Counted from the first letter of the stretch, positions 28,995 to 39,556 are shown. The stretch: DNA of 64,000 bases from Candidatus Nomurabacteria bacterium (GCA_026396065.1 JAPLXO010000003.1:1304-65303), one strand, 5' to 3'. Notes: generated by a model from the letters alone, not told the origin. Numbers and translations: made by a program.

Positions 28995-29036
28995 AATAAG
29001 CAAAAAGCGGACTATAGTCCGCTTTTTGCTTATTTA
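28995..29036. terminator. Long hairpin terminator
   Basis: AAATAAGCAAAAAGCGGAC-TATA-GTCCGCTTTTTGCTTATTT. Confidence 0.85.
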
Positions 29037-29115
29037 GTTTTTGTGTTAAAATGGGGCTATGATTTAGTGAACTCCAAAACCTTATTATTACTTACTTAAT
29101 TTAACTATTTTTACT

Positions 29116-30288
29116 ATGAAAGATACACAAATAAAAAAACTAATACAATTAGAGGGGAAGAGACAAAAGAGCGTCATAAACCTAATTGCTTCGGAGAATT
29201 ATGTTTCCAAAGATGTTTTGGAAGCTCTCGGTTCAGTACTTACAAATAAATACGCAGAAGGGTACCCAGGCCGTCGATATTACGGCGGAAATGAAATTAT
29301 CGATAAAGTTGAAAGTTTGGCAATTGCTCGAGCTTTAAAACTTTTCAAATTAAAAACTGACGCATGGCATGTGAATGTTCAGCTCCTTTCAGGAAGTCCA
29401 GCGAATTTTGCATTATATTCTGCTTTAATTCCACTTGGTGGAAAAATAATGGGAATGAAATTATCTTCTGGGGGGCACCTTACTCATGGTTATCCACTTT
29501 CGATGACAGGAAAACTTTGGAAATCTGTTCAATACGAAGTCGATCCGAAAATGGAAGTGATAGATTATTCTGCTGTTGAAAAATTGGCACTGCAAGAAAA
29601 ACCAGATATTATTGTTTGTGGTTATACTGCTTATCCACGAACTGTGGACTTCAAAAAATTCCGAGTGATTGCTGATAAATGCGGAGCACTGCTTCACGTA
29701 GACATGTCGCATTTCGCAGGGCTCGTCGCAGGGGGAGTATACCCATCTCCATTTCTATATGCCGACAGTGTGATGACGACAACTCACAAATCTCTACGTG
29801 GTCCGAGACAAGCGATTCTCTTTGTAAAAAAAGACGAGAGAGGATTCGACAAGAAACTCGACAAGATGGTTATTCCTGGACTCTTTGGTGGACCGCATGA
29901 AAATAATATTGCTGGAGTTGCGATTGCACTCAAAGAAGCCGACACTCCAGCCTTTAAAAAATATGCAAAACAAGTTGTAAAAAACGCACAAACACTTTCA
30001 AAAGAATTACAAAAACTTGGTTGGAAAATTATTTCTGGCGGTACCGATTCACATTTGATATTAATGGAAACTTTTCTATCAGGGGGAATTTCTGGCGCTG
30101 AAGCTAGTAAAAAACTCGAGAAAGCTGGGATTATTGTAAACATGAATACTGTCCCAGGGGACACACGAGGTGTGATGGATCCATCTGGTATTCGACTAGG
30201 CACTTGCGCAGAGACAACAATAGGGAAAAAAGAAAAAGATATGATTAAGATTGCACAAAAGATGAACAAGGTCTTAAGAAGGAAATAA
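29116..30288 (+). CDS. glyA: Serine hydroxymethyltransferase
   Basis: LIASEN, NKYAEGYPGRRYYGG, GGHLTHG, TTTHKSLRGPR. Confidence 0.97.
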   Translation: MKDTQIKKLIQLEGKRQKSVINLIASENYVSKDVLEALGSVLTNKYAEGYPGRRYYGGNEIIDKVESLAIARALKLFKLKTDAWHVNVQLLSGSPANFALYSALIPLGGKIMGMKLSSGGHLTHGYPLSMTGKLWKSVQYEVDPKMEVIDYSAVEKLALQEKPDIIVCGYTAYPRTVDFKKFRVIADKCGALLHVDMSHFAGLVAGGVYPSPFLYADSVMTTTHKSLRGPRQAILFVKKDERGFDKKLDKMVIPGLFGGPHENNIAGVAIALKEADTPAFKKYAKQVVKNAQTLSKELQKLGWKIISGGTDSHLILMETFLSGGISGAEASKKLEKAGIIVNMNTVPGDTRGVMDPSGIRLGTCAETTIGKKEKDMIKIAQKMNKVLRRK

Positions 30289-30292
30289 AAAA

Positions 30293-30946
30293 ATGTCAGA
30301 AATAATAAATACATATAGTTTAGATAATCCTTACAATATGATTCCGATGGATCGTGGTGAGTTTTATCGTGAGCAAGTCGAAATATTTAAAAAAGAAGGT
30401 AAGGCTACTAAAGCAGTTGAAATAGTAAATATTTTGATTTTTAATTCTCATGGAGAATTGATAATTCAAAAACGTTCTTTTAACAAAGCTCATAATGCTG
30501 GGCTTTTAGATAAATCTGTCGGTGGTCATATTAAAAATGGAGATACACCAGATTATACTGTTATGGTTGAGACAATACAGGAACTTCAAACCCCTTCAAT
30601 TGTTTTGAAAGATCAAGAAGATTTTAATAAAACCTATTTATTATTAAAGGATTATCTAGAAACTATTGCTATTATTTCTCATTTGCATACAGGTCTTATT
30701 AGTCCGATTAAAATAGTGAATAACGAAAAGATTCCAATTGCAAATAAGGTTCATATTTATATGGGTGTTTATGATGGTCGCATAAGACCGGTTGATAGAG
30801 AAGCAAAAGGTATACTCTTTTATTCTCTAGCTGAGCTTGAGTCGGAAATGCAAAAAACACCAGAAGTTTTCACTGATGATTTGCATTTAATTATGAAACA
30901 ATTTAAAGATGAAATTAAAAATTTCGTAGAATATATTACTAAATAA
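30293..30946 (+). CDS. NUDIX-fold (IDI-like) hydrolase
   Basis: QKRS..K...G.LD.SVGGH...G......ET.QEL. Confidence 0.75.
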   Translation: MSEIINTYSLDNPYNMIPMDRGEFYREQVEIFKKEGKATKAVEIVNILIFNSHGELIIQKRSFNKAHNAGLLDKSVGGHIKNGDTPDYTVMVETIQELQTPSIVLKDQEDFNKTYLLLKDYLETIAIISHLHTGLISPIKIVNNEKIPIANKVHIYMGVYDGRIRPVDREAKGILFYSLAELESEMQKTPEVFTDDLHLIMKQFKDEIKNFVEYITK

Positions 30947-30947
30947 A

Positions 30948-31427
30948 ATGTCTGAAATAAAATTTACTCCAAAAGGAATTAAAGAAAGAGGTGGAAAAGA
31001 AATTAAAAAAGAAGATTGTTCTTTCGTTATTTCTGAAACTAAAAGTTTATTGGGTGATAAAGACAAAGCAACCTCTATCGAACTCTTTGATAAAAAATTA
31101 CAGGTTGGAAGTGTCTTAATTGAAGAGTTGAATGATAAGGAGTTGGGAAAACAATATGTACAATTAAGGTTTGTTGGCATTGGTCCTGACTATCAAGGTG
31201 GTAATGCTTCATTGATACTTTATGAAAAGTCTATAGAGTATGCTGAATCTTTAAATAAAAAATTACTTTTTGATAGTAGTCTCACTGTTCCTGCCTATAA
31301 AAGTTTTAAAAAACTAGAAGAGCTTGGATATAAAGTAATTGAAAATCCAGAAGCACAATTTAATGGAAATTTTTATAGAGCTCCAAAAAGCTGGGTATTA
31401 AGAGTCGAAAGGGTTAATAAAAAATAA
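30948..31427 (+). CDS. GNAT-like acetyltransferase
   Basis: VGIGPDYQGGNAS.LY (motif A-like), KLEELGY. Confidence 0.55.
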   Translation: MSEIKFTPKGIKERGGKEIKKEDCSFVISETKSLLGDKDKATSIELFDKKLQVGSVLIEELNDKELGKQYVQLRFVGIGPDYQGGNASLILYEKSIEYAESLNKKLLFDSSLTVPAYKSFKKLEELGYKVIENPEAQFNGNFYRAPKSWVLRVERVNKK

Positions 31428-31431
31428 TTTT

Positions 31432-32022
31432 ATGGAAAATGAAAAAATTGCGATTGATATAGTTTTGCTTTTGCCACCTGAAATTGTGGAGAAGTGTATT
31501 TTTGTAAATTCACAATTAGATAATTCTGGTTACGTTTCTTTTACTAATGGATACAATCCACATATTACTTTGGGAATGGGTTGTATTTTTAAAAAAGATT
31601 TGGATATTGTGAAAAACAAAATACAAAAACTTTCAGAAAAAATTAAACCATTAAATTTAACGACTTCAGGTTATTCTGGCGAAAGGACTTTTGGTTTTGC
31701 GATAGAAAAAAATTCTGAATTGATGACGATGCACGACGAAGCAATTTCTTTGTTAAAAGAAATTGCTTCGTATGGAGATGCCACTTATGAAATGTTTAAT
31801 GAAAGTGAAAAAGTGAAAGATGATCCAGGGCTTGTGAAATGGGTTAGTAATTTCGTCATAGAACATTCAGGTGAACTTTATGATCCACATATTAGTTTAG
31901 GTAAAGGAGATAAGCCAAAGACAGATTTTCCTATTAGTTTTACAGTAAATAAAATCGGATTATTTCATATAGGCCAGCGGGGAAGTTGTAAAGAAAAATT
32001 AGCAGAGTTTATGTTAGAATAA
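31432..32022 (+). CDS. 2H phosphoesterase (2'-5' RNA ligase family)
   Basis: Two HxT/S motifs: PHITL and PHISL. Confidence 0.8.
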   Translation: MENEKIAIDIVLLLPPEIVEKCIFVNSQLDNSGYVSFTNGYNPHITLGMGCIFKKDLDIVKNKIQKLSEKIKPLNLTTSGYSGERTFGFAIEKNSELMTMHDEAISLLKEIASYGDATYEMFNESEKVKDDPGLVKWVSNFVIEHSGELYDPHISLGKGDKPKTDFPISFTVNKIGLFHIGQRGSCKEKLAEFMLE

Positions 32023-32026
32023 AATT

Positions 32027-32725
32027 ATGGAACTAAAAGATAAAATAGTAGTAATAACAGGGGGAAGTGAAGGGTTGGGCAAGACTCTTGCACAGTATTT
32101 TCATAACGAAGGATCAAAAGTAATAATTTCTTCTAAGAATAAAGAAGAACTTGAAAAATCTGCAAATGAAATAGGGATAGATTATTTTGTTGCAGATGTG
32201 ACAAAAGAAGATGAAATGGAAAAGCTTGTTGAGTTTGCTTTGCAGAAATATAACACTTTAGATGTTTGGGTAAATAATGCTGGAGTTTTGTATTCATTCT
32301 TATCTGAAGATAAATATATAGATGTAGCGAAAGCAAAAGAAATGTTTGATGTAAATTTTTTCGGGACAATATTTGGCTCAAGACAAGCTTTAAAAAAAAT
32401 GAAATCTGTAAATAGTGGCGCAATAATAAACATTATTTCCACCGCTGCTCTGGATGCTACAAAAGCTAAGAATTTAAAGATATATTTTGCTAGTAAATGG
32501 GCTGTGCGTGCTTATACGGAAGCATTAAATGAAGAATATAAAAATTCTGGAATTTCCATTTTTGCTGTTTATCCTGGTGGTATAAAAACTAAACTATGGA
32601 GAAATTACAAGCATGAGAAATTTGATGAGTTTATGGCACTAGAGTATGTGGCTGATATCATAATAAATAATTTAAAATCTGATAACCCAGAACATAGTTT
32701 AATTATTAAAAGACCAACAGCATAA
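32027..32725 (+). CDS. Short-chain dehydrogenase/reductase
   Basis: TGGSEGLG, NNAG, YFASK. Confidence 0.93.
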   Translation: MELKDKIVVITGGSEGLGKTLAQYFHNEGSKVIISSKNKEELEKSANEIGIDYFVADVTKEDEMEKLVEFALQKYNTLDVWVNNAGVLYSFLSEDKYIDVAKAKEMFDVNFFGTIFGSRQALKKMKSVNSGAIINIISTAALDATKAKNLKIYFASKWAVRAYTEALNEEYKNSGISIFAVYPGGIKTKLWRNYKHEKFDEFMALEYVADIIINNLKSDNPEHSLIIKRPTA

Positions 32726-32764
32726 TACTAGCCACTTTAGTTAACTAAAGTAGAAAATGAAAAA

Positions 32765-33634
32765 ATGAAAATTCCAACTAAAAAATTAAAAAATGGATTT
32801 GAAATACCTGTATATGGGCTAGGTACTTGGCAAATGGGTGGACGAGAAAATCACAATCTTGAAAATGATGACAACAAAGATATTCAAGGGATTAAAGATG
32901 CTATTAATAATGGTATAACTCACATAGATACAGCAGAAAAATACGCAGAAGGGTATACCGAAATTTTAGTTGGTAAAGCAATTAAAGAATTTGATCGCTC
33001 TAAATTATTTTTAGTGTCAAAAGTTAGAAAAGAAAATTTAAAATATGATGATGTTATTAATGCTTGCAAGAAAAGTTTAGAAAGACTGCAAACTGATTAT
33101 TTAGATCTTTATCTAATTCATTTTTATAATCCTGAAGTCCCTTTTGAAGATACAATGAGAGCCATGGATTTCTTAAAAGAAAGTGGATTGATAAAAAATA
33201 TTGGGGTTTGTAATTTTACTAAAGAGCGTTTAGCTGAGGCACAAAGTTATACAAAGAATAAAATTGTTTGCAACCAAGTGCATTACAACTTAATTTTTCG
33301 AGAACCAGAAAGAAAATGTTTATTAGAATATTGTCAGAATAATGACGTATTTTTGAATGCTTGGCGTCCAATTCAGTATGGTGATTTGTTGGAAAATATT
33401 CCTCCAATTCTTTCTGAAATGTGTGATAAATATAAAAAAACTCCAGCACAAATTGCCTTTAACTGGCTTATTTCTCAACCTTATGTGATTCTGATATCAA
33501 AGACAAATAATCATGAACATCTTGAAGAAAATCTAGGAGCATTGGGTTGGGAAATGGAAAAAGAAGATATAGAACGTTTGAGAAATGAGTTTCCAAATCA
33601 AAAAGATATTTCTAATGCAGTTCCGTTAGGATAA
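32765..33634 (+). CDS. Aldo/keto reductase
   Basis: GLGTW, IDTAEKY, SLERLQTDYLDLYLIH, IGVCNF. Confidence 0.94.
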   Translation: MKIPTKKLKNGFEIPVYGLGTWQMGGRENHNLENDDNKDIQGIKDAINNGITHIDTAEKYAEGYTEILVGKAIKEFDRSKLFLVSKVRKENLKYDDVINACKKSLERLQTDYLDLYLIHFYNPEVPFEDTMRAMDFLKESGLIKNIGVCNFTKERLAEAQSYTKNKIVCNQVHYNLIFREPERKCLLEYCQNNDVFLNAWRPIQYGDLLENIPPILSEMCDKYKKTPAQIAFNWLISQPYVILISKTNNHEHLEENLGALGWEMEKEDIERLRNEFPNQKDISNAVPLG

Positions 33635-33679
33635 ATTTATGGGAAATAAGTTTATTTTTCTCGTGCTATAATACTCCTT

Positions 33680-34690
33680 ATGATTACAGGTACAATTATT
33701 TTAGTGGCTATATTCCTTGCTTTTTCAGGGATATTTTCAGGTTTGGCCATTGCTTATATGAGTCTCGATTTGGGGTTTCTCAATCGTTTAGTAAAACAGG
33801 GTAATGCAGATGCAAAGACAGTATTAGAACTGAGATCTTCCGGAATGAGACTTTTAACCACTCTTATTTTAGGTACTACACTTGCAAATGCTTTCGCTAC
33901 AATTTTAATTGGGGATCATTTTTCTGGATTTGTAGCTAGTATTATTTCTGCAATTTTAATTTTTCTTTTGGCAGATGTTTTACCACAGGCTTTTGCTTCG
34001 AGGCGTGCACTTCGTTTTGGAGCAATATGTGCTCCTTTAATAAGAGCAACACTTTTTATTTTTTATCCTATTACTCAACCAGTCTCTTTTATTTTAAGAA
34101 AAGTTTTAGGTGAAGAACAAATAGCAAAACTTTCAAAAATGGATTTGCTTTCAATGATTGATGATAGCCAAACTACTACCAATGTAGCAGGTGTAGATAA
34201 TGATGAACGTAGAATTATGCGTGGTTCACTTTTGTTTTCTGATAAAAAAGTAGATAGTGTTTTGACACCAAATACAGTAGTGAAAACTATTCCACACACT
34301 GATACTTTGACTCAAGAGAAAATTTTAGAATTAAAGGAATCTGGATACTCTCGTATTCCGGTATCAGCCGATGACCCAAATCATTTTGTAGGTATTCTTT
34401 ATTTAAAAGATTTGATTGGGCTCGTCGCACCTATCTCAGTTAGAGAGGTGATGGATAATACAGTTCATTTTGTTCACACAAATGATCCTCTCGACCGTGT
34501 GCTTACAGAATTCATTGATACAAAGATGCATTTATTTGTCGTGCTAGATGACTTTGGTGGTTTCGAAGGTATTATTACAATTGAAGATATTGTCGAAGAA
34601 ATTATTGGTCAGGAAATTATGGATGAAGATGATGATATTTCAGATTTACGCCAATTTGCAAAATCCCGCCAAAAAAGAAAAATTGGTTAA
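33680..34690 (+). CDS. CNNM/CBS-domain membrane protein
   Basis: N-terminal TM helices, GYSRIPV, V.DDFGGFEGIITIEDIVEEIIG. Confidence 0.9.
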   Translation: MITGTIILVAIFLAFSGIFSGLAIAYMSLDLGFLNRLVKQGNADAKTVLELRSSGMRLLTTLILGTTLANAFATILIGDHFSGFVASIISAILIFLLADVLPQAFASRRALRFGAICAPLIRATLFIFYPITQPVSFILRKVLGEEQIAKLSKMDLLSMIDDSQTTTNVAGVDNDERRIMRGSLLFSDKKVDSVLTPNTVVKTIPHTDTLTQEKILELKESGYSRIPVSADDPNHFVGILYLKDLIGLVAPISVREVMDNTVHFVHTNDPLDRVLTEFIDTKMHLFVVLDDFGGFEGIITIEDIVEEIIGQEIMDEDDDISDLRQFAKSRQKRKIG

Positions 34691-34701
34691 AAAATATAAT
34701 T

Positions 34702-35391
34702 ATGAAAAAAGGAAAATTCATAGTAATAGATGGTACAGATGGTAGTGGAAAAGCTACACAGGTAGACTTACTCAAAAAACAATTAACGAAAGATGGTTTT
34801 AAGGTTAAAACCGTTGATTTTCCTGTATATTATAAAAACTTTTTTGGTGCTTTTGTGGGGCATTGTCTTAAAGAGCAATATTACAATTTTATAAAAATTC
34901 ATCCTAAAATCGCATCTGTTTTATATGCAGCTGATAGATGGGAATCATCGGAAGAAATGCGTAAATGGTTGAAATCTGGCTATATAGTAATAGCAAATAG
35001 ATATGTATCTGCAAATCAGATCCATCAAGGTGGAAAAATAACAAATGCAAAAAAGAGGAAAGAGTTTTTAATTTGGCTTGATGAAATGGAATATAAAGTT
35101 TTTGGAATTCCGCGACCAGACCTAGTCATTTATTTGGAAGTCCCAATTAAAATTACTCAAAAATTAATGTCTGGTCGTGGTGGAGATAATACACGTCAAT
35201 ATTTAAATAGAAAAACAGATGTTCATGAGAATGATCCAATTTTTCTAGAAAACTCTAGAAAGAGCGCGTTGAAATTAGTTAAAGAGTTAAATAATTTTGT
35301 AAAAATATCTTGCTCAAAAGAAAATAAAATGTTTACACGTGAAGATATACATAAAAATGTTTACATAGAAGTTAAAAAGATTTTAAAATAA
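34702..35391 (+). CDS. tmk: Thymidylate kinase
   Basis: IDGTDGSGKATQ, LYAADR, NRY, PDLVIYL. Confidence 0.93.
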   Translation: MKKGKFIVIDGTDGSGKATQVDLLKKQLTKDGFKVKTVDFPVYYKNFFGAFVGHCLKEQYYNFIKIHPKIASVLYAADRWESSEEMRKWLKSGYIVIANRYVSANQIHQGGKITNAKKRKEFLIWLDEMEYKVFGIPRPDLVIYLEVPIKITQKLMSGRGGDNTRQYLNRKTDVHENDPIFLENSRKSALKLVKELNNFVKISCSKENKMFTREDIHKNVYIEVKKILK

Positions 35392-35392
35392 T

Positions 35393-35803
35393 ATGAAAAT
35401 ATATTTTGCTGGATCAATACGCGGGGGAAGAGATGATAAAGATATTTATGCTGAAATTATTTCTTTACTTAAAAAATACGGGGAAGTATTAAGTGAACAT
35501 ATTGGTGACAAAGAACTTTCTAGTTTTGGTCAGACACATATGACTGACTCTGAAATTTATCAGAAAGATATTGGTTGGATTAATGAATCAGATATCATTA
35601 TTGCTGAAGTTACAAACCCATCTACTGGTGTTGGTTACGAATTAGGATATGCTGAATTCTTTTGCAAGAAAATAATCGCATTATATAGACCGATTGAAGG
35701 TAAAAGAATTTCTGCTATGATAAAAGGTAATAGCTATATGACTTGTGTCGAATATAAAGAAGTTCCAGAATTAGTAGAAGTTTTTGATAAATATTTAAAA
35801 TAA
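35393..35803 (+). CDS. Nucleoside 2-deoxyribosyltransferase / DNPH1(Rcl)-like dNMP hydrolase
   Basis: IYFAGSIRGGR, AEVTNPSTGVGYELG. Confidence 0.88.
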   Translation: MKIYFAGSIRGGRDDKDIYAEIISLLKKYGEVLSEHIGDKELSSFGQTHMTDSEIYQKDIGWINESDIIIAEVTNPSTGVGYELGYAEFFCKKIIALYRPIEGKRISAMIKGNSYMTCVEYKEVPELVEVFDKYLK

Positions 35804-36225
35804 TGCAACTAAAAATTAAAAAATTAAAAGAAGATGCAAAATTGCCGAGTTATGCTCATCCGGGGGATGTGGGGCTGGATTTGTATTCAATGGAAAATAT
35901 TGTAATAAAACCAGGCGAAGATATTTTTATCTGGCATGGTTTTGCTCTCGAATTCCCAGAGGGATATTGCGCCTTAGTTATGGATAAAGGAAGTATTTCA
36001 AAAGCCGGTCTTAAAACTATGGGTGGGGTTTTTGATGCAGGGTATAGAGGTGAATATAATACACACCTAGTCAATTTATCAGATAAAGAGTATATTATTG
36101 ATGTTGGTGATAAGGTTGCACAGCTTGTTATTGTTCCCGCTATTATCGCTGATATTGAAGAGGTGAGTGAGCTTTCAGACTCTTCACGTGGGGAAGGAAG
36201 ATTTGGTTCGACTGGAAAGAAATAA
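35803..36225 (+). CDS. dut: dUTPase
   Basis: GLDL, GVFDAGYRGE, AQLV, RGEGRFGSTG. Confidence 0.95.
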   Translation: MQLKIKKLKEDAKLPSYAHPGDVGLDLYSMENIVIKPGEDIFIWHGFALEFPEGYCALVMDKGSISKAGLKTMGGVFDAGYRGEYNTHLVNLSDKEYIIDVGDKVAQLVIVPAIIADIEEVSELSDSSRGEGRFGSTGKK

Positions 36226-36264
36226 ACACCTCACCCCAACCCTCTCCTTATTAAGGAGAGTGGG
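36226..36264 (+). repeat. REP-like palindromic element, intergenic copy (family X)
   Basis: ACACCTCACCCCAACCCTCTCCTTATTAAGGAGAG, near-identical to 42443-42479. Confidence 0.85.
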
Positions 36265-36276
36265 AATTAAATTCAA

Positions 36277-37980
36277 ATGAAACAAATAATAGAAAACTTA
36301 ATACGACAAGCTTTAAAAAATCTGGACATAGGCGAGGTGAATTTTATTGTGGAACATCCAGAAGATTTTAAGAATGGAGATTATTCCACAAATGTGGCTA
36401 TGGTGTGCGCAAAGCAATTAAAAATGAATCCGAAAGCACTAGCAGAAAAAATTTCTGCAGAAATTTTTTCTGCTAAAGAGTCACAAATTTCAAAAATAGA
36501 AGTCGCAGGGGCAGGGTTTATAAATTTCTATTTATCACGAGAGTTTTTCAGTAATTCAGTAAAAGAAGTTTTAGAAAAAGGAGCAGATTATGGAAAAAAT
36601 AATTCTCTAACTGGTAAAAAGGTAATGGTGGAATATACTCAGCCAAACCCTTTCAAGCCATTTCATATTGGGCATCTTATGAGTAATTCTATCGGTGAAT
36701 CAATTTCTAGAATTGTTGAATTTTCTGGTGCGAAAACAGTGCGAGCGAATTATCAAGGTGACGTTGGTCCACACGTAGCAAAAGCTATATATGGTATGTA
36801 TAAAGCCGGCCCTCCAGCGAATGAATCTACAGCATCTGTGTCTGTCTTGGCTCAATATATTGGACAATGTTATTCACAGGGTAGTAATTTTTATGATACT
36901 GATGAACAGGCCAAAAAAGAAATAGATGAAATAAATAAAAAAGTTTACAACAGAAGTGATGAAAAAATAAATCAAATATATGATTGGGGTAGGAAAGTAA
37001 CATTGGAAGCTTTTGAAGAACTTTACAAAATTCTCGGTACAAAATTCGATTACTACTTTTTTGAAAGTGAAATGGCTCCAATAGGAGAAAAGATTGTCCG
37101 TGCAAATATTCCGAAAGTTTTTGAAGAGTCTGACGGCGCAATAGTTTTTCATGCAGAAAAATATAATCCAAAGCTCCACACTAGAGTATTCCTCACTTCT
37201 CATGGTATTCCACTTTATGAGACAAAAGAAATAGGCCTCACTACTACAAAATTTGAAAAGGAAAATCCTGATATCTCTATCGTCACCACAGCCATAGAAC
37301 AAGGCGAATATATGAAAGTAGTCCAGCAAGCTATTGCATTAATGCATCCAGAACTAGAATCTAGAATGAAACATATTACTCATGGTATGATGCGCCTAGC
37401 ATCAGGTAAGATGTCTTCTCGAAAAGGAAATGTCGTCACAGGGGAGTCACTGCTTCGTGATTCTATGGATGTAGTTTTAGAGAAAATAAAAGATCGAGAA
37501 TTTACAGATGAAGAAAAGAAAAAAGTTTCCGAAAGTGTCGGTGTGGCTGCACTGAAATATTCAATCCTTCGTTCATCTCTCGGCTCTGATATTATTTATG
37601 ATTTTGAAAAGTCTATTTCATTCGAAGGGGATTCTGGTCCTTATTTGCAATACTCTGCAATGCGTGCAAAATCTATTCTTGCGAAAGCATTGAATCATAC
37701 TTCGTTTAACGAAATTCCAGAACAAGTTTCAGATTTAGAAAAAATACTTTATCGTTTTCCTGAAGTCGTAGCTCATTCATATGCAGAGCTCGAGCCACAT
37801 CATATAGCTACATATCTCACATCTTTGGCTTCTAGTTTTAATTCTTTTTATACGAATACTCAGATATTAAATACAGAAGATAAATATTCTCATTATTATG
37901 TCGCCCTCACGAAAGCCTTTCTCTCCACAATGCAAAACGGCCTTTGGCTTTTAGGAATTACTTTGCCAGAGAGAATGTGA
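36277..37980 (+). CDS. argS: Arginine--tRNA ligase
   Basis: GDYSTN, GFINF, PFHIGH, KMSSRKG, GPYLQY. Confidence 0.97.
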   Translation: MKQIIENLIRQALKNLDIGEVNFIVEHPEDFKNGDYSTNVAMVCAKQLKMNPKALAEKISAEIFSAKESQISKIEVAGAGFINFYLSREFFSNSVKEVLEKGADYGKNNSLTGKKVMVEYTQPNPFKPFHIGHLMSNSIGESISRIVEFSGAKTVRANYQGDVGPHVAKAIYGMYKAGPPANESTASVSVLAQYIGQCYSQGSNFYDTDEQAKKEIDEINKKVYNRSDEKINQIYDWGRKVTLEAFEELYKILGTKFDYYFFESEMAPIGEKIVRANIPKVFEESDGAIVFHAEKYNPKLHTRVFLTSHGIPLYETKEIGLTTTKFEKENPDISIVTTAIEQGEYMKVVQQAIALMHPELESRMKHITHGMMRLASGKMSSRKGNVVTGESLLRDSMDVVLEKIKDREFTDEEKKKVSESVGVAALKYSILRSSLGSDIIYDFEKSISFEGDSGPYLQYSAMRAKSILAKALNHTSFNEIPEQVSDLEKILYRFPEVVAHSYAELEPHHIATYLTSLASSFNSFYTNTQILNTEDKYSHYYVALTKAFLSTMQNGLWLLGITLPERM

Positions 37981-38060
37981 TTCAGCAGAATCACTCTTGG
38001 AGTAAATTTTATAAAATTTGCAAAAAAATAACCCGCTTCACAATTAAGGAAGCGGGTATT

Positions 38061-38603
38061 TTAATCAGGTTCTAGTCCTGATTCATTGATTTCTTTTGTT
38101 AGTTTCGTTACTTCATTATTAGTAACTTTTTTTCTTTTCTTTAAAATTTTTATCCAACCGAATCCTTCTTTTTTTGAATGAATCTCGGTGGTGCGTCCTC
38201 CACCTCTAAAATAAATTTTACCATGTCGTCCACAACCTTCGCATATTAAAAAATATGCTTGTTTTACGGTCTCGCTAGACTCGAGATATTCAGAGTCTGT
38301 TACCATTTCAGTAAGAAAATCATTCAAATCAGTAAAAAGTTCACTTTTCATTTGAATAATTTTTTTTCTTCTAATTTTAAATGGCATTTTACCTAATATT
38401 ATTTTTTCCGCTTCTTGAATTTCAAGTCCTAAAGCAGATGCATTCATTGTAGAAATTTGGTTGAAACTACGAAGCTTGCTAATTAGGTTTAAAACTTCAA
38501 TTTTTGTTTTGTATGTTTTACTTTTGCTTCCGTTATCGAAAACAAGTTGTGCTTTAGCTCCACCATTGAGCCAAAGTAGCTTGATATGTGTGTCTAAAAT
38601 CAT
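38061..38603 (-). CDS. Hypothetical protein, possible internal duplication
   Basis: Two similar ~60-aa halves by eye. Confidence 0.55.
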   Translation of the reverse strand: MILDTHIKLLWLNGGAKAQLVFDNGSKSKTYKTKIEVLNLISKLRSFNQISTMNASALGLEIQEAEKIILGKMPFKIRRKKIIQMKSELFTDLNDFLTEMVTDSEYLESSETVKQAYFLICEGCGRHGKIYFRGGGRTTEIHSKKEGFGWIKILKKRKKVTNNEVTKLTKEINESGLEPD

Positions 38604-38873
38604 TGTGTGATTATTTGTTAATTTCAAGGTACAGATCGATCGTTCGCTTTCCCTTGGTGGATATACTAGCTTACATAGATTTTATGTCAAATATCTTCTT
38701 TACAATCTAATATTAAAGTGATAGTCTTCGAATAAGATTTCTTTGTAAAATATAAGGTAAGTGAGGGGAGTATTTTGCAAATCTATATAGGTTTTCAAGA
38801 CACTCTTCTCATTAAATTTATTAATGAAAAGAGCGACAATTAACTAGTAATTAATAATTAATACCTTTAAAAG

Positions 38874-39458
38874 ATGAATTTAACACAATTTTTAAATGCA
38901 ATTAAGAGACAAAAACCTCTTATTTGCATCCAGGGTGATATTTTTCTTACCCCTGCGGACCACATTGTATTTGCTGTGAATTACCCATCGAAAGATGGAA
39001 AATGGAATAACACCGGTGGCTTTGCCGGAGATGTTGTAGCCAGAGGATGGACAAATCTTCCTGAAATTAAGTTTGAAAAAGGTCAAACAATTTCAAAAAA
39101 GATTTTTGGAAAAACTTATCATGCAATTGCCGTGCACTCAAACGAAGAATATGGTTGGGACGAAGCTCCAGATCTTATTCAACTTTGTTTAGACAAATTA
39201 CCGGTAAATAGTACTAGCGTAATGGCTATTGTACTAATCGGTGGAGGAAAAGCTGGTGAAAAGTATGTAGCCAGTATTAAAAATGTGGAAGGCATCAGCC
39301 GGACGTATAAAACAGTGGTACTTTATGTTAAAGAAGTGGAGCATTACAAATATTTACTTGCAGCTGGATACGTTTCTGCCGTTGTAGATGTTCCCAGAAC
39401 TTTTAAGTTAAGAGACGACTACTTTCTTACGGAAGAAAGGACGGCTACTTCTGCTTAA
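38874..39458 (+). CDS. Macro-domain-like protein
   Basis: IQGDIF...HIVFAVN...GGFA...IGGG pattern. Confidence 0.65.
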   Translation: MNLTQFLNAIKRQKPLICIQGDIFLTPADHIVFAVNYPSKDGKWNNTGGFAGDVVARGWTNLPEIKFEKGQTISKKIFGKTYHAIAVHSNEEYGWDEAPDLIQLCLDKLPVNSTSVMAIVLIGGGKAGEKYVASIKNVEGISRTYKTVVLYVKEVEHYKYLLAAGYVSAVVDVPRTFKLRDDYFLTEERTATSA

Positions 39459-39556
39459 AAATGATTTTATTTTTTATATTGTAAAAATCCTTTTGGTGTA
39501 TATCAAAAGGATTTTTAATTTGTAATTTTTTGTGATTTTGTGTATAGTATAAATAC

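Noticed and set aside
28031-30314. Long antisense ORFs opposite the helicase and glyA (and similar ones opposite argS, ileS, recG)
   Set aside because: Shadow frames of well-conserved genes with no motifs of their own.
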